Shown: positions 7,349-15,001 of the stretch, in pieces
Layout: each line of letters begins with the position of its first letter
Numbering within the stretch: the stretch's first letter is position 1
From: a virus
Lineage: Duplodnaviria > Caudoviricetes
IMG/VR virus record: IMGVR_UViG_3300020042_004008
Location: 1-33,551 of that record
Direction: 5' to 3' (one strand)
DNA: 33,551 nt
Made by a program: the position numbers and the translations under genes
The notes under the pieces: model-generated
Seen by the model: only the letters and a program-made list of their open reading frames with translations
Told to the model about the DNA's origin: nothing
The model's database searches: none

Positions 7349-7465
7349 TTCTTTTGAAACGGAATTGTCAAACGAAGCAGGAACGTAGCAGCTTGCTTAT
7401 AACTACTTTATTGACGTAAGTAATGTGTAAAGACACCAACAAACACTACTAAAAATATTTACACA

Positions 7466-7714
7466 ATGCAATTTAAACACGGTTTTATTTACATGGGAGT
7501 TAGGTACGGTTGGAATAAAAAACAACTTTACAGACTCCCATTTAACCGTAACCTCAGAAACTACGATTTAAAACTAATCAAACCTATTGTTATCGGATTA
7601 ACAACGTGCTACAATTTGCAACGTAATAAAGTTACGATAAACAGAATCGAAAAACTCACCACTAAAGTAGATTGGAACATTGAAGTTTTGGATGTGGCAG
7701 ATTGCCCCTTCTAA
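7466..7714 (+). CDS. Small basic/aromatic protein directly after the cassette array
   Basis: 82 aa, YGW...LYRLP motif, acidic DCPF tail. Confidence 0.7.
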   Translation: MQFKHGFIYMGVRYGWNKKQLYRLPFNRNLRNYDLKLIKPIVIGLTTCYNLQRNKVTINRIEKLTTKVDWNIEVLDVADCPF

Positions 7715-7788
7715 TTTAGAATCATTCTAAACTACAAAAACACTTGCATAATTAAAACCTTCATACTACTTTTACAACGTAATTAAAA
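7714..7788 (+). promoter_or_regulatory. Early promoter 2 with palindromic operator
   Basis: Perfect TTTAGAAT-C-ATTCTAAA 7715-7731; TTG at 7744; TACTACTTTT and CGTAATTAAAA shared with promoter 1. Confidence 0.75.
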
Positions 7789-7798
7789 TTTAGAAATT

Positions 7799-8302
7799 AT
7801 GAAATCAATTTATGTAAAGCTACACGAAGCTAAAAAAAGTATCGGTGTAGTAAAGAAAAATGCAAAGAATCCGCACTTTAAAAACACTTATGCGGATTTA
7901 AACGCTTTAATTGAAGCGGTTGAACCAATCTTATTAGAAAACAGTTTAATTCTATTACAACCCATAAAAGAGGGTAAGGTGTTTACTGAGATAGTAGATG
8001 TTGAAAGTGGAGAAAGTGTTACAAGTTCAATAGACTTACCAACGTCAGGAAATCCGCAGCAGATGGGTAGTGCTATAACTTACTTTAGACGTTACACGTT
8101 ACAAAGTTTATTATCATTGCAAGCAGACGATGATGATGGGCAAATGGCAAGCAAGCCACAACCAATCACTAAAAAGCCATTGCCAGCAGATGCAATAGCA
8201 AAAGTTGGTGAGTTAATCAAAACGAAACAGAAAACTAAGGAGTTCTTTTTTGAACATTACGACTTAACAGAAGACCAAGTAATTTATATCAACAAGTATT
8301 AA
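7799..8302 (+). CDS. erf: ERF-family single-strand annealing recombinase
   Basis: KNPHFKNTYADL and GSAITYFRRYTL...DDDG signature. Confidence 0.9.
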   Translation: MKSIYVKLHEAKKSIGVVKKNAKNPHFKNTYADLNALIEAVEPILLENSLILLQPIKEGKVFTEIVDVESGESVTSSIDLPTSGNPQQMGSAITYFRRYTLQSLLSLQADDDDGQMASKPQPITKKPLPADAIAKVGELIKTKQKTKEFFFEHYDLTEDQVIYINKY

Positions 8303-8321
8303 CAATCAAAATCAAAATAAA

Positions 8322-8804
8322 ATGAGTGAATATAGCGTAGACAGAATGGAAGAAATGAACGAAATGCAGTTCGACATCCAAGTAATGAAAGACACAACAT
8401 TACCAACACTACAAAAGTATTTAGACTTTATCGAGTGGGCAGTAATGGAAGGAAACGAGTTAAACCCATTAGAAGCATTTGCTACAATCAAAAAGATGGG
8501 TAAGATGTTTGATAAAACAAAAGTAGTTATTGAATCAGAGGCAATTAGTGAAGCTGAAAAGTTTGGCACAAAGTCATTTGAGAAAGCTGGAATGAAATTC
8601 GAGTTAAGAGATGGAGCAAAGACATTCGACTACAAAGGAATCAAAGAGATAGACGATTTAGAGGAGAAACTAAAGTTGGCAAAGGAGAAGTATAAACTTG
8701 CTTACTTAAATGCTCAAAGTGGAAATATGAGTGTTACCGAAGATGGCGAAGTATTGGAGTTACCTGTGGTAAAATTCAGCAAACAAAGTTTAATAGTAAA
8801 ATGA
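8322..8804 (+). CDS. Hypothetical coiled-coil protein (recombination module)
   Basis: 160 aa, follows ERF. Confidence 0.7.
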   Translation: MSEYSVDRMEEMNEMQFDIQVMKDTTLPTLQKYLDFIEWAVMEGNELNPLEAFATIKKMGKMFDKTKVVIESEAISEAEKFGTKSFEKAGMKFELRDGAKTFDYKGIKEIDDLEEKLKLAKEKYKLAYLNAQSGNMSVTEDGEVLELPVVKFSKQSLIVK

Positions 8805-8956
8805 TTAAGCACGAACACATAGTAAAAGGGCTAATAGTATTAGTGTTAGTCCTTTTCTGTTATCTTTTCATAAAAGACCATGCAGAACAAAAGAAAGTGG
8901 CTAAGAAGTACACTTTAGAGCAAAAGTTAAAATTAGAAAAACTTGTAGAGTTATGA
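8801..8956 (+). CDS. Small membrane protein (51 aa)
   Basis: Not in the ORF track; ATGA overlaps at both ends; one transmembrane segment (GLIVLVLVLFCYLFI). Confidence 0.65.
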   Translation: MIKHEHIVKGLIVLVLVLFCYLFIKDHAEQKKVAKKYTLEQKLKLEKLVEL

Positions 8957-9138
8957 GAGCGCACGAATGGTCAGTAAAATTACCAGTATCTGAGTTTGTC
9001 TTATTCCTTGACTATTGGAAGTTTGAGAATTGGAACACAGAATATAATTCCTTTGAGGAGTTTTTACACGATAGCATAATATTCGAGGAAACAAAAGAGG
9101 GGTTTGAGTATTGGAACGAAATAAGTAAGAGATTATGA
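8953..9138 (+). CDS. Hypothetical protein
   Basis: 61 aa acidic/aromatic ORF with coupled overlaps. Confidence 0.65.
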   Translation: MRAHEWSVKLPVSEFVLFLDYWKFENWNTEYNSFEEFLHDSIIFEETKEGFEYWNEISKRL

Positions 9139-9947
9139 AAACTTTAAATAGTATTAGTGGAGGTAAAACATCAGCTTATTTAGCTTACCATTACCCAGCA
9201 GACTATAATTTATTTGCTTTAGTGAGAATAGAAGATAAAAATTGCTCACCAAAAGATAAAGGATTAATCAAATTAGTTTCTGATAAAATAGGAACAGAAT
9301 TTATTGCTACGGTTGAAAGTGATTTAACTTTAAAAGTTGTATTAGATTTAGAGCAGTTAATAGGTCGTGAAATAAAATGGTTGATAGGTGATACTTTTGA
9401 AGAGGTATTAAGTAAAAGAAAGAATTTCTTACCAAACCAAAGAACAAGATTTTGTACTACTGACATGAAAATTAAACCTATTGCTGAATATTGTAAGAAT
9501 GAAATAAAAGAAATAGTTTTAACAAGGTTAGGAATAAGATATGACGAAGAAAATAGAGTTAATTATGAGAATGTTGACTTTAAATTTCATAATGGATTTT
9601 CTAAAAATGGTAGAAATAAATGGAAGGTTGAAAAGTATAGAGAATTAGAATACCCACTTGTGAAAGATAAAGTAGAACACTACCAAATTTATAAATGGTC
9701 AAAAACAACTGGATTGATTTTTCCAAACGATTCAAATTGTGTTGGGTGTTTTCATAAACAAATTCCACAACTAAGAAAAAACTTTGAAGATGAGCCTTTA
9801 AAAATGCAATGGTTCGCAAACCAAGAAACAAAAAAAAGCAGATGGAAAGATAATGTAAGTTATGAGAATATAAAAAAATTAGGGTTACAAACAGACTTCT
9901 TTTTTGGCGGTGGTTCGAGTTGTAACTCTGGAGGATGTCACGATTAA
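9135..9947 (+). CDS. PAPS reductase-like (PP-loop) protein, candidate DNA modification enzyme
   Basis: SGGKTS PP-loop, RFCT..MKIKP, GIR.DE..R, SNCVGC cysteine cluster. Confidence 0.8.
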   Translation: MKTLNSISGGKTSAYLAYHYPADYNLFALVRIEDKNCSPKDKGLIKLVSDKIGTEFIATVESDLTLKVVLDLEQLIGREIKWLIGDTFEEVLSKRKNFLPNQRTRFCTTDMKIKPIAEYCKNEIKEIVLTRLGIRYDEENRVNYENVDFKFHNGFSKNGRNKWKVEKYRELEYPLVKDKVEHYQIYKWSKTTGLIFPNDSNCVGCFHKQIPQLRKNFEDEPLKMQWFANQETKKSRWKDNVSYENIKKLGLQTDFFFGGGSSCNSGGCHD

Positions 9948-9958
9948 ATATTAAAATT

Positions 9959-10147
9959 ATGAAAGTAGGAGATAAAATTAGAAAACGTGGCAAGGGCTAC
10001 GGAGTAATAAGCGAGATTAATGATTTAGGATATGAGGTGAAGTTCCTCAAAGAAACACACTTCTACGAGCATAGCAATATGGAGATATACTTTGCGTGTG
10101 TCATTTGGGCTTTAGCGTTTGTTGCATTTTTATACATTATACTATGA
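9959..10147 (+). CDS. Hypothetical protein with C-terminal transmembrane segment
   Basis: MKVGDK start after an A-rich leader (alternative start 9935); hydrophobic C-terminus. Confidence 0.55.
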   Translation: MKVGDKIRKRGKGYGVISEINDLGYEVKFLKETHFYEHSNMEIYFACVIWALAFVAFLYIIL

Positions 10148-10422
10148 AAGTAAACCAATATACACGTTCTTTTGAATGGCATAGGAAAGTATATTTAGCT
10201 ATAAAAGCTGGTATAAAAATTAAAACTATTGCAGATAATTTTAGGTGCAGCGTTTCAACTATTCACCATTCATTTTCAAAGTATCAAGATGTGTTTTCTA
10301 AAGAAGTTGGTACTGTGTCACTCGGATCAAAACAAGAGCCTTACTTCACAGAGTTACAAATGTTACAAGGATACGATGTTAACGCAGTAGAGTTTAGTAA
10401 ATCCGAATTAGAGTTATTATGA
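10144..10422 (+). CDS. Putative HTH protein
   Basis: ATGA overlap start (MKVNQY); IKTIADNFRCSVSTIH helix-turn-helix-like segment. Confidence 0.55.
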   Translation: MKVNQYTRSFEWHRKVYLAIKAGIKIKTIADNFRCSVSTIHHSFSKYQDVFSKEVGTVSLGSKQEPYFTELQMLQGYDVNAVEFSKSELELL

Positions 10423-10670
10423 CAAAAGAGCAAAAAATATTATTTATAGTCACTATGTTACCTTTACTGCGTGACTATGCAGAAGATTTAAAGGATGAAT
10501 TTCCTAACATTTGGAAGCAGTCACTAAAGAAAGCTACAAACGACTTTATAAATGAAGTGGATAAGTTAGGTAACTTTGTTACGCAAGAAGACCAAGAGGA
10601 AGTAAGGCAACAATACCAAGATATTTATATGGTTCACTTAGGTATTGCAAAAGAAATTTTTAATAATTAA
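10419..10670 (+). CDS. Hypothetical protein
   Basis: 83 aa, coupled overlap. Confidence 0.65.
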   Translation: MTKEQKILFIVTMLPLLRDYAEDLKDEFPNIWKQSLKKATNDFINEVDKLGNFVTQEDQEEVRQQYQDIYMVHLGIAKEIFNN

Positions 10671-10674
10671 GATT

Positions 10675-10962
10675 ATGTATCACAACACGACACAAGAAAA
10701 CGGAGTAACATTAAATGATTACTCTATTAAAGCAGAAAATCAAGAGGATGCAGTATTGGAGTTATTCCAAAAGTACGCTAAATTAAGCCCTTCAATGGCT
10801 TTAAGTAAGTACAGATTAGGCACAGGAAAGAATCCACCTTTAACAAGCATTAGACGAGCTATAACTGATTTAACAAAAGAAGGTAAATTAGAAATGACTG
10901 CTGAGAAAATGAAAGGTAGTTACGGAAGGGATGAATATTTTTGGAAAATTGCAACAGATTAG
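10675..10962 (+). CDS. Winged-helix DNA-binding protein
   Basis: Start at ATG 10675 (MYHNTT); TSIRRAITDLTKEGKL followed by a beta-wing. Confidence 0.6.
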   Translation: MYHNTTQENGVTLNDYSIKAENQEDAVLELFQKYAKLSPSMALSKYRLGTGKNPPLTSIRRAITDLTKEGKLEMTAEKMKGSYGRDEYFWKIATD

Positions 10963-10964
10963 AA

Positions 10965-10984
10965 AATAATTACTATATTTGCAA
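10965..10984 (+). promoter_or_regulatory. Bacteroidota -7 promoter box for the replication operon
   Basis: TATATTTG 10974-10981, TTG about 22 bp upstream; 20 bp identical to 3454-3473. Confidence 0.7.
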
Positions 10985-10988
10985 AAGT

Positions 10989-11080
10989 AGTTGACATCTC
11001 ACATCATATCAACTTAACGATGTTATTGAGCATCCAAATGAAACACAGGTGAGATGGTGCGGATTTTGGGTGCTTTTTTT
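10989..11080 (+). ncRNA. Structured leader RNA with kissing loops and terminator-like end
   Basis: AGTTGA/TCAACT and AGCATCCAAA/TTTGGGTGCT stems; loops CATCTCAC and GTGAGATG are complementary; T-run follows. Confidence 0.6.
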
Positions 11081-11102
11081 ATTTCACTAAATTAATAATA
11101 TT

Positions 11103-11795
11103 ATGGAAGGATTTATTTCTATACATAGAAGAATCAAAGAACATTGGGTTGTAGATAATCCTCAGTATTTTAAAGCATGGATTTTTATGCTTTTAGTTAC
11201 TAATTTTAAAGATGGTAGATTATTGCTTGGGGGTAAAGTGTATTTGATTAAAAGAGGGCAATCTAGTTTATCTATGAGATCGTGGGCGCATGAGTTTAAT
11301 ATGTCAGTAAAAGCGGTGGATACGTTCTTTAATTTATTGGTAAATGAAAACATGATAAAACGTGAAGTAATTGGTAAAGGGAAACATAGCACAACACTTA
11401 TAACTATTGAGAATTATGATAGTTATCAGCACTTTTCAGAATCAATAGAGAAACATAAGGGAATCGTAAGAGAAACGCAAGGGAAACACAAAGGAAACGC
11501 TAGGGGGGTACAATATAATAATGATAATAAAGTTAATAATGATAATAAAGTTAATAATGATAATAAAGAAAATAATATAAATATACCTTCATTTGAAATT
11601 TTTTTAGAATATGCCTTAACAAAAAAAGAAAGAGTTAGTAAAACAGATTTAAAATACAAATACGAATCATGGGTTGAAAATGATTGGAAGGATGGCAAAG
11701 ATAATAAGATTAAAAATTGGAAATCTAAATTATTACAAACATTGCCATTTATCAAAGAAGAAGTTATATTTACAAGCCCTAGAATATCAGTATGA
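11103..11795 (+). CDS. Replication initiator / replisome organizer (lambda O / DnaD-like)
   Basis: GFISIHRRI..HW N-terminus, RGQ, ITIENYD..Q, low-complexity linker, KIKNWKS C-domain; overlaps the helicase gene. Confidence 0.8.
   Translation: MEGFISIHRRIKEHWVVDNPQYFKAWIFMLLVTNFKDGRLLLGGKVYLIKRGQSSLSMRSWAHEFNMSVKAVDTFFNLLVNENMIKREVIGKGKHSTTLITIENYDSYQHFSESIEKHKGIVRETQGKHKGNARGVQYNNDNKVNNDNKVNNDNKENNINIPSFEIFLEYALTKKERVSKTDLKYKYESWVENDWKDGKDNKIKNWKSKLLQTLPFIKEEVIFTSPRISV
11448..11568 (+). repeat. Putative replication origin: five 11-bp iterons plus about three 18-bp AT-rich repeats
   Basis: GAGAAACATAA GGGAATCGTAA GAGAAACGCAA GGGAAACACAA AGGAAACGCTA (11448-11502); AATAATGATAATAAAGTT tandem (11517-11568). 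Confidence 0.75.
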
Positions 11796-13552
11796 AAAAG
11801 TTTATCGAATGGACAGATATAGAGTTCAAAAAAAATAGAGGTCAGGAAAAGGTTAAGTGTCCAGCTTGTATTGATATTAGAACAAACAAACATGATAAGT
11901 CACTATCAGTTAATCATGATAAAGGAATGGCTAATTGTCATTACTGCACAAGTGTATCAATTAGAGATAAGCAAGAAAATAATCCAAGCTACACACTACC
12001 AAATCAATCATGGCAAAACTTTACTAAACTTTCAGATAATCTAGTTAAATGGATTAAAACAGAAAGAGCAATAAGACAGGAAACATTAATACACTTTGGA
12101 ATTACTGAGGAAAAATTTTACCAACCAAAGCACCAAAAGGAAGTAAACAACATTGTATTTAATTATTTTGAAGGTGAAACGTTAGTAAATAAAAAATATC
12201 GTTCTGCAACAAAAGGATTCACTCAAAGCAAAGGAGGTAAACCAATACTTTATAACATTAATTCAAGCATAGGAAGTGATGATGTTTGGATAGTAGAAGG
12301 TGAATTTGATGTTTTGGCAATGTATGAAGTTGGAATAGAATCATGTGTAAGTATTCCAAACGGAGCAAACGACAATGATGACTATTGGATTAACTCAGAA
12401 AAGTATATTTCAGATGCTAAAAAGTTTATTATAGCAACAGACAACGACACAAAAGGAGTAGAAATAAGAGAAAAGATTGCTCAAAGATTAGGTAGATGGA
12501 GATGTGAGTATATTGAGTTTGTAGGTAAAGATGCAAACGATGATTTAAAATCGGGAGTTTTAAGAGAAACGATAAAAAATAAAAAACGTTTTCCTGTTGG
12601 TGGCACATTCTCAGTTGATGATTTATATGATGATATTTTAAGATTGTACGACAATGGATTGCCTAATACTTTATCAATTAAAAATCCATCATTCGGAAAC
12701 TTGAATAAAATTTGGACAACGATGCGAGGACATCTAACAACCATCACGGGTATACCTTCACACGGTAAATCTAGTTTTCTCGAATGGTACGCATTAAACC
12801 TAATCAATGAAAACGATATGAAGCTAAGTTTTTTTAGTCCAGAGCATAGTCCAATGGAATTACATCAAAGCAGATTAATTGAAAAGGTAACAGGTAAAAA
12901 ATTCTTCGGAGATAATCGACTGCAACGATCCGACATTGAAAGATACAAAGAATGGGCAAACGAAAAGATATATTTAACAGGTTGTGAGAATGGACAATTT
13001 CCTACATGGGATTGGATATTCAATAAATTCAAAGAACAGATGTTTGCTTTTGGTATTGACATTTTTATTATAGATGCTTTCAATAAATTAGAGTTTACAG
13101 AAAAAGGTGAGGAAAGACAATTGATTAGAAAAGTTTTAACTAGACTTACATCATTTGCTCAGATGAATAACGTATTGATATTTTTAGTAGCACACCCTAC
13201 AAAGATGCAAAAGAAAACAGATGGTACGTATGAAGTGCCAACGCTTTACGATGTAAGTGGAACTGCTGATTTTAGAAACCAAACTCATGATGGGTTTACA
13301 ATTCATAGAACATTTGATTCAAACGAAACAAGTGGATTCACTACCTTTGTGAACACAAAAACAAAATATCAATTTCAAGGCGAAATAACAGCTACTGAAA
13401 ACTTTATGTATGACAAAGATAATGGAAGGTATTACTCAATGACTGCAAGTCCTGATAAAACAGATTGGACTTTTAAGCATGAAGTAAAGCAAAGCGCATT
13501 ACAAAACTTTGGATTTGATGAGTTTGAAAAAATAGATGATTGTCCTTTTTAA
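11792..13552 (+). CDS. Primase-helicase (T7 gp4/Twinkle-like: Zn finger, TOPRIM, SF4 helicase)
   Basis: CPAC..CHYC; VEGEFD, ATDND, KDAND; Walker A GIPSHGKS; FIIDAFN; LVAHP. Confidence 0.92.
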   Translation: MKKFIEWTDIEFKKNRGQEKVKCPACIDIRTNKHDKSLSVNHDKGMANCHYCTSVSIRDKQENNPSYTLPNQSWQNFTKLSDNLVKWIKTERAIRQETLIHFGITEEKFYQPKHQKEVNNIVFNYFEGETLVNKKYRSATKGFTQSKGGKPILYNINSSIGSDDVWIVEGEFDVLAMYEVGIESCVSIPNGANDNDDYWINSEKYISDAKKFIIATDNDTKGVEIREKIAQRLGRWRCEYIEFVGKDANDDLKSGVLRETIKNKKRFPVGGTFSVDDLYDDILRLYDNGLPNTLSIKNPSFGNLNKIWTTMRGHLTTITGIPSHGKSSFLEWYALNLINENDMKLSFFSPEHSPMELHQSRLIEKVTGKKFFGDNRLQRSDIERYKEWANEKIYLTGCENGQFPTWDWIFNKFKEQMFAFGIDIFIIDAFNKLEFTEKGEERQLIRKVLTRLTSFAQMNNVLIFLVAHPTKMQKKTDGTYEVPTLYDVSGTADFRNQTHDGFTIHRTFDSNETSGFTTFVNTKTKYQFQGEITATENFMYDKDNGRYYSMTASPDKTDWTFKHEVKQSALQNFGFDEFEKIDDCPF

Positions 13553-13564
13553 AATTAAAAAATT

Positions 13565-14254
13565 ATGGAAAAATACAAAGTATTAAACTTATACGCTTGC
13601 CTTGGTGGTAATCGTTTAAAATGGGATGAAGTGGCACAAGCTAAAGGAATTGATATGGAAGTTATAGCGGTGGAATTAGATCCTGAAGCTGCAAGATTAT
13701 ACCAAGAAAGATTCCCAAATGATATTGTAATTGTTGCAGATGCGCATCAATATTTGCTTGACCATTACAAAGAGTTTAATTTTGTGTGGAGCAGTCCACC
13801 TTGCCCAACACATTCAAAAGTAAGGATAACACAAAAAAACACAGAAGCATTTACTCCTGAATATCCCGACATGAAATTATATGAGGAAATAATATTTTTA
13901 GATAATCACTTTGCCGGTAAATATATAGTTGAAAACGTAACACCATATTACGAGCCATTAATTGCTGCACAGAAACGAGGTAGGCATTTATATTGGAGTA
14001 ACTTTACTTTACCTAATGATTTAAATGAAAGAGAAATTGGAAAAGGAAAAATGTGCGGACAAATAAATGAAGAAAGAATTTTTTTAGAGTGGTTTCATGA
14101 GATTGATCTGTCTAAATATAAAGGCAAACAAGATAAAAGAAAAATGGCACGTAACTTAGTAGATTATGAAGCTGGAAAAACTATCTTTGAGGTTGCGTTA
14201 GGAATATACGAAGCAAAAAAAACAAATCAAATGAATATATTTGATGTAATATAA
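13565..14254 (+). CDS. C5 cytosine DNA methyltransferase (short type)
   Basis: NLYACLGG (motif I), SPPC (IV), ENV (VI), KRGRH (VIII-like). Confidence 0.85.
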   Translation: MEKYKVLNLYACLGGNRLKWDEVAQAKGIDMEVIAVELDPEAARLYQERFPNDIVIVADAHQYLLDHYKEFNFVWSSPPCPTHSKVRITQKNTEAFTPEYPDMKLYEEIIFLDNHFAGKYIVENVTPYYEPLIAAQKRGRHLYWSNFTLPNDLNEREIGKGKMCGQINEERIFLEWFHEIDLSKYKGKQDKRKMARNLVDYEAGKTIFEVALGIYEAKKTNQMNIFDVI

Positions 14255-14496
14255 TGTTTGAAACGAACAACTATATCAGATTTTACAAAGGTTATGTACT
14301 TAAGTCAATACACAAAGAGTTGATTAAAACAGATGCTTACTCTATTGCTGAAATAGATTTTATGCTTAAATTTAACGCTGGAATAGTTAAGAGTTGTTGC
14401 GAGATGGATTACTACGAAATAAACGAGTTAATAGTTTGGAGTTTTCAATTAGGAGATAGGATAGGATTAGAATTAAACTTTAGAGAAGATGATTAA
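14254..14496 (+). CDS. Hypothetical protein
   Basis: 80 aa, coupled on both sides. Confidence 0.65.
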   Translation: MFETNNYIRFYKGYVLKSIHKELIKTDAYSIAEIDFMLKFNAGIVKSCCEMDYYEINELIVWSFQLGDRIGLELNFREDD

Positions 14497-15001
14497 GCAA
14501 AAGAAGTGTAAAAACTGCAAAGAGTTATTTAAGCCTTATACAAGCCTTCAAAAGTATTGCACTAAGGAAATATGCCTAAAAGTATTTATAGAGCAAGAGA
14601 AGGCAAAAAAATGGGCTAAAACTAAATCTAAAATGAAAGCGGAGTTGATGACTTTACAAGATTATATTAAAATTGCTCAAATAGTATTCAATAAATGGAT
14701 TCGAGAAAGGGATAAAGGACAACCTTGTATAAGTTGTGGTAAGCCACCAAAAAAAGAAAATTGCGGACACTTTTTTAATGCTAACAATCATTGGAATGTG
14801 AGATTTAACGAAGATAACTGCCATCTACAATGCGAGCATTGCAACACATATTTAAGCGGAAACTTAATAAACTACCAAACAAACTTAATAAAAAAGATAG
14901 GGCAAAAAAGATACGATCAACTTTGTGAAGAATCAAAAGTAACTCGAAAATTCACGATTGACGAAGTAAAGGAAATAATCAATAAATATAAAAACAAATG
15001 A
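14489..15001 (+). CDS. ninG: NinG/Rap-family endonuclease
   Basis: FNKWIRERD..CISCG..CGHF..RFNEDNCHLQCEHCN motif. Confidence 0.88.
   Translation: MIKQKKCKNCKELFKPYTSLQKYCTKEICLKVFIEQEKAKKWAKTKSKMKAELMTLQDYIKIAQIVFNKWIRERDKGQPCISCGKPPKKENCGHFFNANNHWNVRFNEDNCHLQCEHCNTYLSGNLINYQTNLIKKIGQKRYDQLCEESKVTRKFTIDEVKEIINKYKNK

Larger units (their letters stand above)
4474..7403 (+). mobile_element. attC-like interlocking hairpin gene-cassette array (four cargo genes, no integrase)
   Basis: Alternating cores: GTTA 4475, TAAC 4500, GTTA 4942, TAAC 4967, GTTA 5012, TAAC 5673, GTTA 5730, TAAC 6486, GTCA 6530, TAAC 7400; each interval is an inverted repeat. Confidence 0.7.

Noticed and set aside
4474-7403. 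Hairpins as ordinary terminators or as IS/MITE ends
   Set aside because: The empty hairpins lack T-tails and share TAAC/GTTA cores, the arms pair across entire genes, and no transposase is present.
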